This document shows, piece after piece, positions 52,607 through 63,213 of a DNA stretch of 64,000 bases. Source of the stretch: an uncultured Bacteroidota bacterium (GTDB lineage Bacteria > Bacteroidota > Ignavibacteria > UBA10030 > UBA6906); contig CAVOYH010000003.1 of assembly GCA_963700635.1 (NCBI GenBank), forward strand, positions 32,001 through 96,000, read 5' to 3'. A program made the position numbers and the translations under genes. The notes under the pieces are model-generated. The model did not search any database. It saw only the letters and a list, made by a program, of their open reading frames with translations, and was not told the origin of the DNA. The first letter of the stretch is position 1, and every line of letters starts with the position of its first letter.

Positions 52607-52638
52607 GCGTGCCGGTCCCGACTACGGAACCGGCACGC
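52607..52638. terminator. Hairpin between convergent mtaB and catalase genes
   Basis: GCGTGCCGGT(C)CCG-ACTA-CGG(A)ACCGGCACGC; no U-tract. Confidence 0.45.
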
Positions 52639-52666
52639 CGCTGGCACTCCACAGAATTGAGATAGA

Positions 52667-54157
52667 CTACCGGGTCAGCATCGATTGATCGATCTTGACT
52701 CCCAGCCCCTGGGCAACACCCGTTCCGAGCGCCGGGTCGGCACGGAAGAAATGGCACAGCTGCCGGTTGATGATCTCATCCTTCTTCGGCCCTTTGATCC
52801 CCTTCATGGCCCCGACGATGTTGTTGATAAAGTTCTTCCTGTCGGTATCGTTCATTGCCTGTCGGAAGAGAAGCCCCGGTTGGGTGTAATGGTCATCCTC
52901 GCCCGGTGCATTCCGATCATACCAGTCCGCTACGGCTGAATCAAGCGGAAGCGGTGCTTCCTTCGCCGTCTCGTCAATCACGATATCGTCGAAGCTGTTC
53001 GGCCGGTAGTTCGGGTCGCTGCCTCCGTTACCGTCCACACGCATGGCGCCGTCGCGCTCGTAGTTTGACACGGCATACGGGCATTTGTTGACCGGGATCT
53101 GCTCGTAGTTGGCGCCCAGGCGGTAGCGATGCGCATCCGGATAGGAAAGAAGCCGTCCCTGCAACATCTTGTCTGGCGAATAGCTGATGCCGTCCACCAC
53201 ATGGGCAGGGGCAAAGGCCGATTGCTCCACATCCGCAAAGTAATTTTCAGGCACCTCGTTCAGCTCCATCACACCAACGTCAATAAGGGGGAAGTCCTTG
53301 TGCGGCCAGACCTTGGTCAGGTCGAACGGATTCCACTTGAACTTTTTCGCCTGCTCATCGGTCATGACCTGGATCTTGCACGCCCACTTTGGGAATTCCT
53401 TCCGTTCAATCGCATCAACCAGATCCCGCTGTGCCCAGTCGGGGTCTTTCCCCTTCATGACACCTGCATCCTCATCGGTAAAGTTTTTGATCCCCTGTTG
53501 GGTTTTGAAGTGAAATTTTACCCAGACCATCTGGTTGTTCTTGTTGACGAAGGAAAACGTATGGCTGCCGTAACCGTTCATATGCCGGTAGCTGTACGGA
53601 GTCCCGCGATCGCTCATCAGGATGGACACCTGGTGCAGACTCTCGGGATTAAGCGACCAGTAATCCCACATCATGGTCGGGCTCTTGCAGTTCGTTTTGG
53701 GATCACGTTTCTGCGTGTGGATAAAGTCATCGAACTTCTTGGGGTCCTTGATGAAGAAGACGGGAGTATTGTTGCCCACAAGGTCCCAGTTGCCGTCTTC
53801 AGTATAGAACTTGATCGCAAAACCCCGAGGATCACGTTCCGTATCGGCACTGCCTTTCTCTCCGCCGACGGTGGAAAAGCGGACGAACACCCGGGTCTTT
53901 TTTCCGATCTTGTCGAACACCTTGGCGCGGGTGTATTTGGTGATATCGCCGGTCACGGTAAATGTGCCGAACGCGCCCGATCCTTTTGCATGCACAACAC
54001 GCTCGGGGATACGCTCGCGGTTAAAATGCGCCATCTTCTCATGGAGGATATAGTCCTGCAGAAGAATGGGCCCCCGGGGACCTGCGGTAAGAGAATTTTC
54101 ATGTTCGACGTATGGTTTACCTGAAGCAGTGGTGAGTTTACGCTTTTTCTTGTCCAT
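52667..54157 (-). CDS. katA: Monofunctional small-subunit heme catalase
   Basis: 'FNRERIPERVVHAKG', 'RDPRGFA', 'VGNNTPVFF', 'RLLSYPDAHRYR'. Confidence 0.95.
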   Translation of the reverse strand: MDKKKRKLTTASGKPYVEHENSLTAGPRGPILLQDYILHEKMAHFNRERIPERVVHAKGSGAFGTFTVTGDITKYTRAKVFDKIGKKTRVFVRFSTVGGEKGSADTERDPRGFAIKFYTEDGNWDLVGNNTPVFFIKDPKKFDDFIHTQKRDPKTNCKSPTMMWDYWSLNPESLHQVSILMSDRGTPYSYRHMNGYGSHTFSFVNKNNQMVWVKFHFKTQQGIKNFTDEDAGVMKGKDPDWAQRDLVDAIERKEFPKWACKIQVMTDEQAKKFKWNPFDLTKVWPHKDFPLIDVGVMELNEVPENYFADVEQSAFAPAHVVDGISYSPDKMLQGRLLSYPDAHRYRLGANYEQIPVNKCPYAVSNYERDGAMRVDGNGGSDPNYRPNSFDDIVIDETAKEAPLPLDSAVADWYDRNAPGEDDHYTQPGLLFRQAMNDTDRKNFINNIVGAMKGIKGPKKDEIINRQLCHFFRADPALGTGVAQGLGVKIDQSMLTR

Positions 54158-54230
54158 AGAGTGCCTCTCACGTGGTAGGTGTATGGTTCTAAACTGAGGG
54201 AAGTTCATATAATGTACGGAATCACGTCCG

Positions 54231-54275
54231 ATAAGTCAAATCGATAATGTTGATGATGGTATAGATACTTCTTAT
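54231..54275. promoter_or_regulatory. Putative OxyR binding region
   Basis: ATAA-N7-CGAT (54231-54245) and ATAG-N7-TTAT (54261-54275) between divergent catalase and oxyR genes. Confidence 0.55.
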
Positions 54276-54327
54276 ATTACTCCGCGGTTGACTGTGTGAG
54301 TCGGAAACCCATTATATTGGACTGTCG

Positions 54328-55269
54328 ATGACGATCACCCAGCTTGAATACATTGTTGCACTGGATACCTGGCGGCACTTCGGGACTGCGGCAGAAAAAT
54401 GTTATGTCACGCAGCCAACCCTCAGCATGCAGATCCGGAAGCTCGAGGAGGAATTCGGCGTACGCCTGTTTGACCGGAGCAAGGTCCCCGTTCATCCGAC
54501 GGACGAAGGCGTCGAAATCGTTCGCCAGGCGAGAGTAATCCTCCGCGAAGTGAGCAGGATGCAGCACAACCTCCGGGAACGAAAAGGCACACTCTCAGGC
54601 GAGTTGACGCTGGCCATCATCCCCACGCTTGCGCCATACCTCCTCCCCCTCTTCGTCGGCGGTTTCCTCGCCCGTTATCCGGACATCCGGCTGATCGTCA
54701 CAGAAATCACAACCGACGTCATCATCGAACGGCTCAAGAACAATCTTCTTGACGCTGGGCTGCTCGTGACCCCGCTGCAGGAACGTCTTATTACAGAGCA
54801 ACCGCTCTTCTATGAACCATATGTCGTCTTTGTCTCACCGGACGAACCGGTCTACAAGAAACGGTATGTGCTGGCCGATGACATCGATCCCCGGCATCTG
54901 TGGCTACTTGAAGAGGGCCATTGTATGCGATCGCAAATCATGAGGTTGTGCGAACTCAAAAAGAAGACCGCAACAAACACCAATTTCCAGTACGAAGCGG
55001 GGAGTGTTGAGACACTCAAGAGAATGGTGGAGAGCAGAAACGGTATCACCATTATCCCCGAACTTGCCCTGGCAGACCTTCCGCCTCGGCAGTTAAAAAT
55101 GGTTCGCCGGTTCCGATCCCCCATCCCCGCCCGGGAAGTAAGCCTGGTCAGCCATCGTGACGGTGTTAAACAGCACATTCTCAACGCGCTGCAGGATGAA
55201 ATTCTGCGATGCCTTCCGGTGGGAATGCGCTCGAAGGAAGGGAAGGAGATTCTGGGTTTTGTGGAATAA
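54328..55269 (+). CDS. oxyR: Hydrogen peroxide-responsive LysR regulator
   Basis: LysR HTH 'HFGTAAEKCYVTQPTLSMQI'; 'LEEGHCMRSQIMRLC' with both redox cysteines; divergent from catalase. Confidence 0.92.
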   Translation: MTITQLEYIVALDTWRHFGTAAEKCYVTQPTLSMQIRKLEEEFGVRLFDRSKVPVHPTDEGVEIVRQARVILREVSRMQHNLRERKGTLSGELTLAIIPTLAPYLLPLFVGGFLARYPDIRLIVTEITTDVIIERLKNNLLDAGLLVTPLQERLITEQPLFYEPYVVFVSPDEPVYKKRYVLADDIDPRHLWLLEEGHCMRSQIMRLCELKKKTATNTNFQYEAGSVETLKRMVESRNGITIIPELALADLPPRQLKMVRRFRSPIPAREVSLVSHRDGVKQHILNALQDEILRCLPVGMRSKEGKEILGFVE

Positions 55270-55318
55270 CTCTCCCCGCACCATCCATGTTTCCGATCGC
55301 CCATCTGAGGAGACAACA

Positions 55319-57382
55319 ATGATCCGTCCGATCTATGCCTGCGTGCTTGCGTTACTGTGTTGCACGAACGTCGTGACCGCCCAATCGCCGTTCCTCTTTG
55401 GCATGTATGCAATCGGCCGGGGGGAAAATGAGGGGATGCACTGGACCGGAAGCCGGTTTGACATCCACACGGCGCCGGATGGGAGTGGCCGGAGACTCAT
55501 GAACTTCTGGAACGACTCCCTGGGCATGAATACATTTTTCGTCAATGTGTCGAACTTCGGCGACAACAGGTACGTCGACACGCTTTTTGAACGATATGCG
55601 GCATATCCCTCGGAGGAACACAATTTTATTGCCGAATCAAAAATTATCCCCATCTATCGGTGTTTCCAGTTCACCCATGCCGCAGAGAGCCACTACCTGA
55701 AGTTTTCCCCCGCTTCCCAACGAGACCCGCAAGGAAACGGCATTGTCTTTGACAACTCCACATTCGATATAACAACCGGTGATTCCACCTTTACCATCTC
55801 CGCTACACGGCCCCTCTCATCAGGACGAATCATTCAGGACTTGACGGTATTCGGCGGGGAGACGAGACAACTGAGGCCGAGAGATTGGAATACCAGGGGC
55901 GCATCTGCCCACTTCACGCTGCGTTTCAGGTTCTCGGCCGGGACTTCTTCACCCCGCCTCAGGGTCATTCTCGACAACAAGGGCGGGACCACCGGCAATA
56001 CAAACTACCATCTGATCGATACCATCCTGACACCCCCCGCCGGGAACAGCACAATGGCTCTTCCATTTCGGCTGGACACACGCAGATCCGCCGATCAGCA
56101 CGCCGCGCACACATGCAAACTCCGCCTCCAGGTGTACTGTTCCATGCCCGCCGGGAGCGTCTTCCACCTGAATGATATCACGGCATATGACGATAGCGGC
56201 CGTGTTGTTGTCGAGGAAACCGATCGTTTTTCAGAGCAAACAGGCGGAACGAGCTGGTGAACACCTTCAGGAGAATCGCGACACGCATCAACTCATCAGC
56301 TTCTACTCTCAGGGTGTACCCCATCATTGCCATCGCGGATGAACCCCACGCCGGCAACTACGCCCCGATGGACGCTGTGTGCCGGTACATTTCGAATCTG
56401 GACACAAGACTGACCTTCTATTGTACATGGCCGGGGTGAAGATCCCGGACATGTTAATCCCAATGGCGTGGATCGTCTGGCAAAGGTCGGGGTGCACTAC
56501 ATCGCACCCGATGCCTACCTGTACACAAGAGCCAACACCGATTCCCGTTCTGCGATTTTTAAGCACTACGACGTGCTTTCAAGATTCTGCAGGCGGTTAC
56601 AAACCGCCGATCCCGGAAAAACCATCATCACGGTCCCCCAGCTGTTTTCCGGCGTCGGCGACTGGAGGGCGCCCAGCCGGAATGAGGTCCTGGCAAGCGC
56701 CTATGTTTCCCTTCTTGTAGGCGCAAAAGGCGTGTGTTACTACTTCTCGGGTCCCTTTGATGGGATCCAGCAGCCGCTCTACTCGTTCCCTGATCCGGGT
56801 GACGTACTGGACAGGACCTCCAGGTTTTACGACAAAATGTTTGACATGAGACAGATGAATCAGGAGAAGGTCGCCGCACTCAGAACGTTTGCGGGATTTA
56901 TACACGGAAAGACGGGAGAAGCCGACGGCCTCACACACGGAGATCTCCTTGCCACCATTGGCATTGACAGGCATAGCATCGTGGGCACGACCAATGGCAT
57001 TGACGTGGTGAATGTGCGGGATTTTTCACCCAATGAAATCGGCGATACCGAGAGGGTTGACTTCTCGAAGATCACCATCACCGGAACCGGCGGAGGGACC
57101 CCGACCGGACCTGCCATGGTGGGTGTGGCGCACCTGAGGAATCTTGCTTCGAGGCCCAACGTAAGCTATTTCCTCTTTACAAATCTCGGCGCAAGGAACG
57201 AGACGTTGCGTCTCAGGTTGTCGCTGCGATCAGTCAACCAGCTTCCCTCAGTGCGGGTAAGTAACCTTACCTTCCCCGACGACATGACCAACAGGGGGTA
57301 TTTCAAAAACGGGCAGGTGTCAGTCGTCTTACCCGCCAGCGCCGCAATGATTATCAAGATCGAGAACTCCAACACACTCTAA
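55319..57382 (+). CDS. Secreted hypothetical protein, possibly glycoside-hydrolase-like, split into three ORFs
   Basis: GAGGAG RBS; signal peptide; breaks near 56227-56231 and at 56433-56436; 'IADEP' and 'APSRNEVLASAYVSLLVGAKGVCYY'. Confidence 0.6.
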
Positions 57383-57413
57383 ATCCATCGAGCCCACACA
57401 CTATGGAGGGGTG

Positions 57414-57830
57414 ATGACCGAACTCAAGACCAAGCGGAACAAAAGAAGTGTCCGGACATTTCTGGGAGCCATCCCGGACAAGGAAAAGCGCCGCGATGCG
57501 TTCGCTCTTCTTGACATCATGCAGAAGATCACAAAATCGAAACCGGAGATGTGGGGAAGCAGCATTGTCGGTTTCGGTTCCTATCACTACAAATACAGCA
57601 CCGGACGCGAGGCAGACTGGCCCCTGGTCGGGTTTTCCCCCCGCAAACAAAATCTGACAGTGTATATTATGGCCGGATTCACCGAGTATGACGGTCTCCT
57701 GGAGAAACTCGGGAAACACAAAACAGGCAAGTCGTGTCTCTACATCAAGTCTCTCGAGGACGTGCACATCCCAACCCTGAAGAAACTGGTAAAAGAATCG
57801 GTCAGGTACATGAAGAACAAGACCTGGTGA
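57414..57830 (+). CDS. DUF1801 (YdhG-like) protein
   Basis: 'MWGSSIVGFGSYHYKY', 'GFSPRKQNL', 'LGKHKTGKSCLYIK'. Confidence 0.85.
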   Translation: MTELKTKRNKRSVRTFLGAIPDKEKRRDAFALLDIMQKITKSKPEMWGSSIVGFGSYHYKYSTGREADWPLVGFSPRKQNLTVYIMAGFTEYDGLLEKLGKHKTGKSCLYIKSLEDVHIPTLKKLVKESVRYMKNKTW

Positions 57831-57852
57831 TCCGGTCGGACGGGGGTTCAGC

Positions 57853-58692
57853 CTAGAAGGTAACCCGAAGGCCGAGCGTGGCAGTAAACGCGCGGGTCAG
57901 GCCGTCAATGTTGACCGGCCGCTTGAGAAGGGGAAAAGCGCCTGCGGCATGCAGCAGGAGGTGTTCGGACAAGGGTACGGACGGCGCCACCACGACGTTT
58001 ATCTGTCCCTGATCACTCTCCGGCACATCAACAAACCGTTCAGACAACGCCGTCGTATCCCGCACGCTGGAAAGCCCGAACCGCTTGATGGCAATCACTT
58101 CAGTCTTCAGCACAAAAGCGCCGAACGTCTGTGTGTACCCGGCGCGCAGCATGACGTCCTGTCCCCGTTTTAGCCGGTTCAGACGATTGTCCGATCGGCC
58201 GAACGGTATTTGCATTCCGGCTCCTGCTGACCAGGCGCCATGGGTGAGATTAGCTCCAATGAGCAGATCGGTCGTCCCAAGCCCGTTTTGATACCGCTGT
58301 GACAGACCGTTCTTATTCACACTCCCTGTTGGCAGGCGGGCACCGATCTGTCCTTCAATGATCGGCCCGTCAGACGCGGTAAACCGTTGATTCCAGGCAA
58401 CGAGAATGTCTCCGGCACCGCTGGTGGAACCGTCCGGACCGGATTGACGATTGAAGGGGACTGAAATGCTGAGCCGGGAGTCCTTCAGAAGCTGAATGTC
58501 GCCGCTGAGCCGCAGGGTAAAAAACGAAATATCATCATCCTTCGTGCTTTTTCCGGAAACGGCATCAACCGAGAGCCAGTGAGAGACCGTTTCCTGGCCT
58601 GTACCAAAACTACACACGCCGGCATCAGAACATTGTGCGAACGCAGAACCTGCGGTGGCAGTCAGAGTAAGTAAGAGAACGATCGTTTTCAA
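57853..58692 (-). CDS. Putative outer-membrane beta-barrel protein
   Basis: Signal peptide; N-terminal 'QCSDAGVC'; 'YQNGLGTTD'; terminal 'LGLRVTF'. Confidence 0.65.
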   Translation of the reverse strand: MKTIVLLLTLTATAGSAFAQCSDAGVCSFGTGQETVSHWLSVDAVSGKSTKDDDISFFTLRLSGDIQLLKDSRLSISVPFNRQSGPDGSTSGAGDILVAWNQRFTASDGPIIEGQIGARLPTGSVNKNGLSQRYQNGLGTTDLLIGANLTHGAWSAGAGMQIPFGRSDNRLNRLKRGQDVMLRAGYTQTFGAFVLKTEVIAIKRFGLSSVRDTTALSERFVDVPESDQGQINVVVAPSVPLSEHLLLHAAGAFPLLKRPVNIDGLTRAFTATLGLRVTF

Positions 58693-58918
58693 CCATATCC
58701 CCGAAGAAGTGCTGTGGTAGTATATTTCTAACCCCGTCAGAGCACAGTTTGTTCCCTTCGGTCGGATGCCGGCCGCAGAGAGAGGGCCGGCCCATACGGT
58801 CGTCAGCGCACAAGGACCATTTCAGCACCTTCCAAGGAGTTGCATTTGCAGGTGCGCATTGCTACACTATTATGATATAAAAAGTGTTTTGTCTGGAACA
58901 CGTCGTGAAGGAACAACC

Positions 58919-59944
58919 ATGGGGACACTACCCGAGAAGTTTGAATCGGTGCGTCAGCTTGAAGACTTTATGTCAAGCCCCTCAGCAGCACTCGTGGAAT
59001 ATGTTAAGGGCTTGAAGGGGGACATCATGATCATCGGCGCCGGCGGTAAAATAGGTCCGACCATGGCAATCATGGCCAGAAAGGCGGCCGACAAGGCCGG
59101 CGTGCAGAAGAAAGTGTATGCCGTGGATGTCCAGCCGTTGAAGGTGCTTGAAGGGAAGGGCATTGAAACCGTGCAGTGTGATCTGCTCGACCGGAAGGCG
59201 GTGGACCGGCTTCCTCAGGTCAAAAACGTTGTGTATATGGCAGGCAGGAAATTCGGTTCAAGCGGGAGCGAATGGCTCACCTGGGCGATTAATGTCATGG
59301 TTCCCCACAATGTGGCGGAAGTATGCAGACAATCCTCGATCGCCGTATTCTCCACAGGCTGTGTGTATCCGGTGGTCGATGTGTACACCGGAGGATCCGT
59401 TGAAACCGATGCACCAGATCCGGTTGGCGAGTATGCGGCAAGTTCCCTCGGGAGAGAAAGGGTCTTTGACTACTACGCGGCCGAACAGGGCACACACGTT
59501 GTCCAGATCCGTCTGAATTATGCGCTTGAACTACGATACGGAGTACTGGTTGACATCGCGACGAAAGTGTATCATGATGAACCGGTTGACGTAACGACAG
59601 GTTTTATGAATGGGATCTGGCAGGGAGATTGTTGTGATCAGGTCTTAAGGAGTTTTGACCACGCAACAAGTCCAAGCTCAATTCTGAATATTACAGGACC
59701 GGAACTCTTATCCGTACGATGGATAGCAAGGCGATTTGGACAGCTTTTCGGCAAAGAGGTCAGGATTTCCGGCCAGGAAAATGGCAGGGCATATCTTAGT
59801 AATGCTTCAAAAGCGAATGGGCTGTTCGGAAATCCCTCAGTGCCTGCTGGCAGGATCATCGAGTGGATTGCAGACTGGATCCAGAGTGGCGGCGAAAATA
59901 TCGGAAAGCCCACCCATTTTGAAACTCAGGATGGAAAATACTGA
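58919..59944 (+). CDS. NAD-dependent epimerase/dehydratase
   Basis: 'IIGAGGKIG', 'YMAGRKFG', 'FSTGCVY', 'GEYAASSLGRE'. Confidence 0.85.
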   Translation: MGTLPEKFESVRQLEDFMSSPSAALVEYVKGLKGDIMIIGAGGKIGPTMAIMARKAADKAGVQKKVYAVDVQPLKVLEGKGIETVQCDLLDRKAVDRLPQVKNVVYMAGRKFGSSGSEWLTWAINVMVPHNVAEVCRQSSIAVFSTGCVYPVVDVYTGGSVETDAPDPVGEYAASSLGRERVFDYYAAEQGTHVVQIRLNYALELRYGVLVDIATKVYHDEPVDVTTGFMNGIWQGDCCDQVLRSFDHATSPSSILNITGPELLSVRWIARRFGQLFGKEVRISGQENGRAYLSNASKANGLFGNPSVPAGRIIEWIADWIQSGGENIGKPTHFETQDGKY

Positions 59945-59976
59945 GCCAGGAATTGTGGCAAGGCGCCGGAACGTTC

Positions 59977-60723
59977 TTACCCCGGCTGTGACTCTGGAAC
60001 CGCCGCACAGCTGCGCACAAAGTCCGGTGATGTTGCAGTGTACCCCAGGAACGCCTCGACGTGACGGACGACAAACCGGGTGATCGCCTGGTCCTCTATC
60101 GTGTCGTGATATTCCATCGCGGCAGTGCAGTCGCGCAGCAGGACGACACGGTAGTTGCGATACAGCGCATCGGTCAGCGTTCCCTGCAGGCAGGCATTGG
60201 CCGCAAATCCCACAACCACCAGATTCCTTATCCGCAGATTCCTGAGTAAAGTTTCCAGACAGGTTTCAAAAAAGCCGCTGTACATCTGCTTGCGCACGAC
60301 GTATTCACCCGGCGCTGGTTCAACCACCTTGCTGAACCGGAACTCGACCGGATCCTGTTCCCACCGCTCCTCCACGGTCAGGCCGTGCGTGCGCACAAGA
60401 AGGGCGCCAAATTCGGAATGTTGCGACGCCACCATCTGGTTGGCGTTGTTCACATAGATGATCGGCATGCTGATCCGGCGGGCGGCCTCCAGCGCCGGTT
60501 TGATGCAGTCCACCATCACCCGGCGCTCCACGTCGGTGGAACCCCGATAGAAGAGCGCCGGCCGCTCGGGCTCCGGTTCTCCTGGACTGTACCCCAACCC
60601 GTACACATCGACCAGCATAAATGCGGTGTGGTCCAGAGCCAGGGTGAGCATCTCTTCAGCGTGGCCGCGATACGCCTCGGGCGGATACATTCGATAATAA
60701 CGACCGGGAAGCTTCAGGTCCAT
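59977..60723 (-). CDS. Isochorismatase-family cysteine hydrolase
   Basis: Triad D ('MLVDV'), K ('RKQMYSGF'), C ('GFAANACL'). Confidence 0.85.
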   Translation of the reverse strand: MDLKLPGRYYRMYPPEAYRGHAEEMLTLALDHTAFMLVDVYGLGYSPGEPEPERPALFYRGSTDVERRVMVDCIKPALEAARRISMPIIYVNNANQMVASQHSEFGALLVRTHGLTVEERWEQDPVEFRFSKVVEPAPGEYVVRKQMYSGFFETCLETLLRNLRIRNLVVVGFAANACLQGTLTDALYRNYRVVLLRDCTAAMEYHDTIEDQAITRFVVRHVEAFLGYTATSPDFVRSCAAVPESQPG

Positions 60724-60795
60724 AATCGTCCTTTCAGGGTGATCTCAGAGAGGCATCATTTCGTTTCGGACTTCTTCACCAACTCACCATGATCC

Positions 60796-63213
60796 CTATT
60801 TCCTGTACTCAACATCCCTCCTGGCGTTGAAGGAGTCCTTCGCCACTCCTTCGATCGTGTACTGGGTTACGTTCGAGATTCCCGCGTAATTGATCCTGCC
60901 GCCGGTCGAGCTGAAAAAGCCGTATGTGAAATCGCCACGGATCGTGTCTGTAAATGTCCGGTAGGTTCCGTCAGACACGATGATGATGTCTTCCCCATCC
61001 TTCGTCTTTACGGAATAGGCAAATGCGACGGTATCTTTTATGTCCAGCCTTTCCACCCGCACCTCAGCGGGAAGCAAATCCCTTTGTGAAGCGAACGGGT
61101 AGATAAGTGTCGCCATTCTATCGGAACGCCGATCGCCGGCGAGCGACTTCCGGAAGATCAACCAATCGATCTCCCGGTTGGGAGGTTCACCGGGCAGCCC
61201 GGCCAGATCAGCACCTCCCCTGGATTGAATTCTTCTGACGGCGGATGCATCCCGATGGTCTTGCTTGATCACAAATCCGTTCTCCTGCATGGAGATATAT
61301 CCGTCTTCGATTTCCTTCATCGAGCTGGGAGTGTGCAGATGAAAGTCCATCTCCCGACCTGCATCCGCTGCAGACACTTCATCGATAATCAACCAGTATC
61401 TGGTTTTGGCAAAGACAACGTGCCGCCGGTGTTTTGCCTTCTGATACAGGAGGTACCCATCGTGTGTTGCAGCAAAGAAAACGGTGTGCTGCAGGGTCGA
61501 CCAGAATTTGTCATATCCCGGTTTGTCCATCTTTTCCGGAACTGCCTGGTTGATGGTTATCATGTTGTGTGACAGAGGATGTTTGTACCAGACAACGTGC
61601 ATGGTATCCAGATAACCGAGAGTCCCGATGCCTGCGTCAAGGGCGATGGGAATGCCGTTGGCATAGATCTCGAATGACAGTTGATCAAAATGACAGTGAT
61701 TTTGCCAGTCACCATAATTGAGAATCATATAATAGGATCCCGGGTCCCACGAATCGCGCATGACTGCAAACCGTGAATCGGGGAAATCGATGGAGGTTAT
61801 GCCGGGTTCCTTCACCTGAACGGAGTGGGATGCCAGAGCTTCCGGGGAGAACTCGTGCCTGACTGCTCCGATGAAGTCGCCCCGATTGAAGAATTCACCC
61901 ATCTCCTTGAACAGCGGCACAAGGCTCTTGCCTCTGTGCGCATCGTTAAAAGGCGGATTTACCCCCACCGGCGTATTCGTGAGCACATAGAATTCCACAT
62001 TCTTTTCGAGCCTGCTCAGGTATTGTGACCGCAGGGATGGATCGTCCTTAAAATACTGCAACATCAACATGTAACGGTAGTACACGGAAAACATGTATGA
62101 CGCATAGTTGCTCGTCCGCTCCACATAACCGCCGTCATCCAGAATGTCGTTTTCCAGATGAAGGACCATGTTCGTCCTGCCGCGGTTCAGCCATGCGCCG
62201 GCTTCTTTAAACTCCGGGAAAGCCACTGCCGCATACGACGTGGTTAACGCTGTGTGCGTCTGCCAGTTGTACGGGTGAAACGGCGTCTTTTCCAGGCACA
62301 GATCGAGCCACCGTGCCGACCCTAAAATGATCTTCAGCAGTCGCTTGTTGGTTTCAGGCGAAATGTGTCTGCCAAAGACTCTCTGAGCATTGATAAGTTT
62401 CTCGGTTCTGTTGGAGAGGCCCAGTTCATACCAGACGAAGTCGTACGACCTGGTCATATTGATGACCTGCTGATTGTGTACGCTGTCCAGCTGATCGTAC
62501 CATTGATTAAAAACATCTTCAAAGGCCTTCGGGGTGGCGGGGTCCCCTTTCAGGAGATAATAGTTGATCTGATCGTCGATGAAGTGGAGATAGTGTACCC
62601 CGTATTTCGAGATCGTGGGATACTGATGATCAAAATTGATCCGCTTGCCCCAGTGTACGCCATGGAGTGTGAATCCCTTCTCCGGAGTAAAAAACGTGTT
62701 TGCGGAACGGGCAATCTGATTGTACCGGAGGGTATCAACAAGGACCTCCTGCAGAAATTCGTCGGTCGTAGTAAAATACTTCTTGTTCCGTGAATCGTAT
62801 ATCGACAACCGGCCGTTGTCGTTCCGGGACGAAAAGTATTCGTGCAAAACGACGGAGAGACGGTCAGAGTCCTTAGCTTTTAGCGCTGCGAGCAGATCCG
62901 GTTCGATCGCCTTGATGTCGAGCGAGTGAACAAGTTCCTCGTCGGAAATATACCTGATCTTATTGCGAAAATAATCCTTGTCGATGAAAACGTCATGCCA
63001 TTCGGAAAGGTTCAGGCTAAGATCGATCCCGGACCGATCCCTGTTTTCGACTTCCTGCCTGCACAGCGGACAATACCACTTGTCTCCAACCTGATACACA
63101 ACCGATTGAAGGGTGACGGTGGGACCGGTAAGGTCCTGATCGGCCGGCCGGACTACCGGTGAACAGGATAACATCAGGAGCAGGATGCCCGGAAGCAGCT
63201 TCAGCGTTCTCAT
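60796..63213 (-). CDS. Heparinase II/III-like polysaccharide lyase lipoprotein
   Basis: Lipobox 'MLSC'; 'YNWQ', 'DDGGYVERTSNY', 'PPFNDA', 'HCHFDQLSF', 'HNMITIN', 'HDGY'. Confidence 0.82.
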   Translation of the reverse strand: MRTLKLLPGILLLMLSCSPVVRPADQDLTGPTVTLQSVVYQVGDKWYCPLCRQEVENRDRSGIDLSLNLSEWHDVFIDKDYFRNKIRYISDEELVHSLDIKAIEPDLLAALKAKDSDRLSVVLHEYFSSRNDNGRLSIYDSRNKKYFTTTDEFLQEVLVDTLRYNQIARSANTFFTPEKGFTLHGVHWGKRINFDHQYPTISKYGVHYLHFIDDQINYYLLKGDPATPKAFEDVFNQWYDQLDSVHNQQVINMTRSYDFVWYELGLSNRTEKLINAQRVFGRHISPETNKRLLKIILGSARWLDLCLEKTPFHPYNWQTHTALTTSYAAVAFPEFKEAGAWLNRGRTNMVLHLENDILDDGGYVERTSNYASYMFSVYYRYMLMLQYFKDDPSLRSQYLSRLEKNVEFYVLTNTPVGVNPPFNDAHRGKSLVPLFKEMGEFFNRGDFIGAVRHEFSPEALASHSVQVKEPGITSIDFPDSRFAVMRDSWDPGSYYMILNYGDWQNHCHFDQLSFEIYANGIPIALDAGIGTLGYLDTMHVVWYKHPLSHNMITINQAVPEKMDKPGYDKFWSTLQHTVFFAATHDGYLLYQKAKHRRHVVFAKTRYWLIIDEVSAADAGREMDFHLHTPSSMKEIEDGYISMQENGFVIKQDHRDASAVRRIQSRGGADLAGLPGEPPNREIDWLIFRKSLAGDRRSDRMATLIYPFASQRDLLPAEVRVERLDIKDTVAFAYSVKTKDGEDIIIVSDGTYRTFTDTIRGDFTYGFFSSTGGRINYAGISNVTQYTIEGVAKDSFNARRDVEYRK

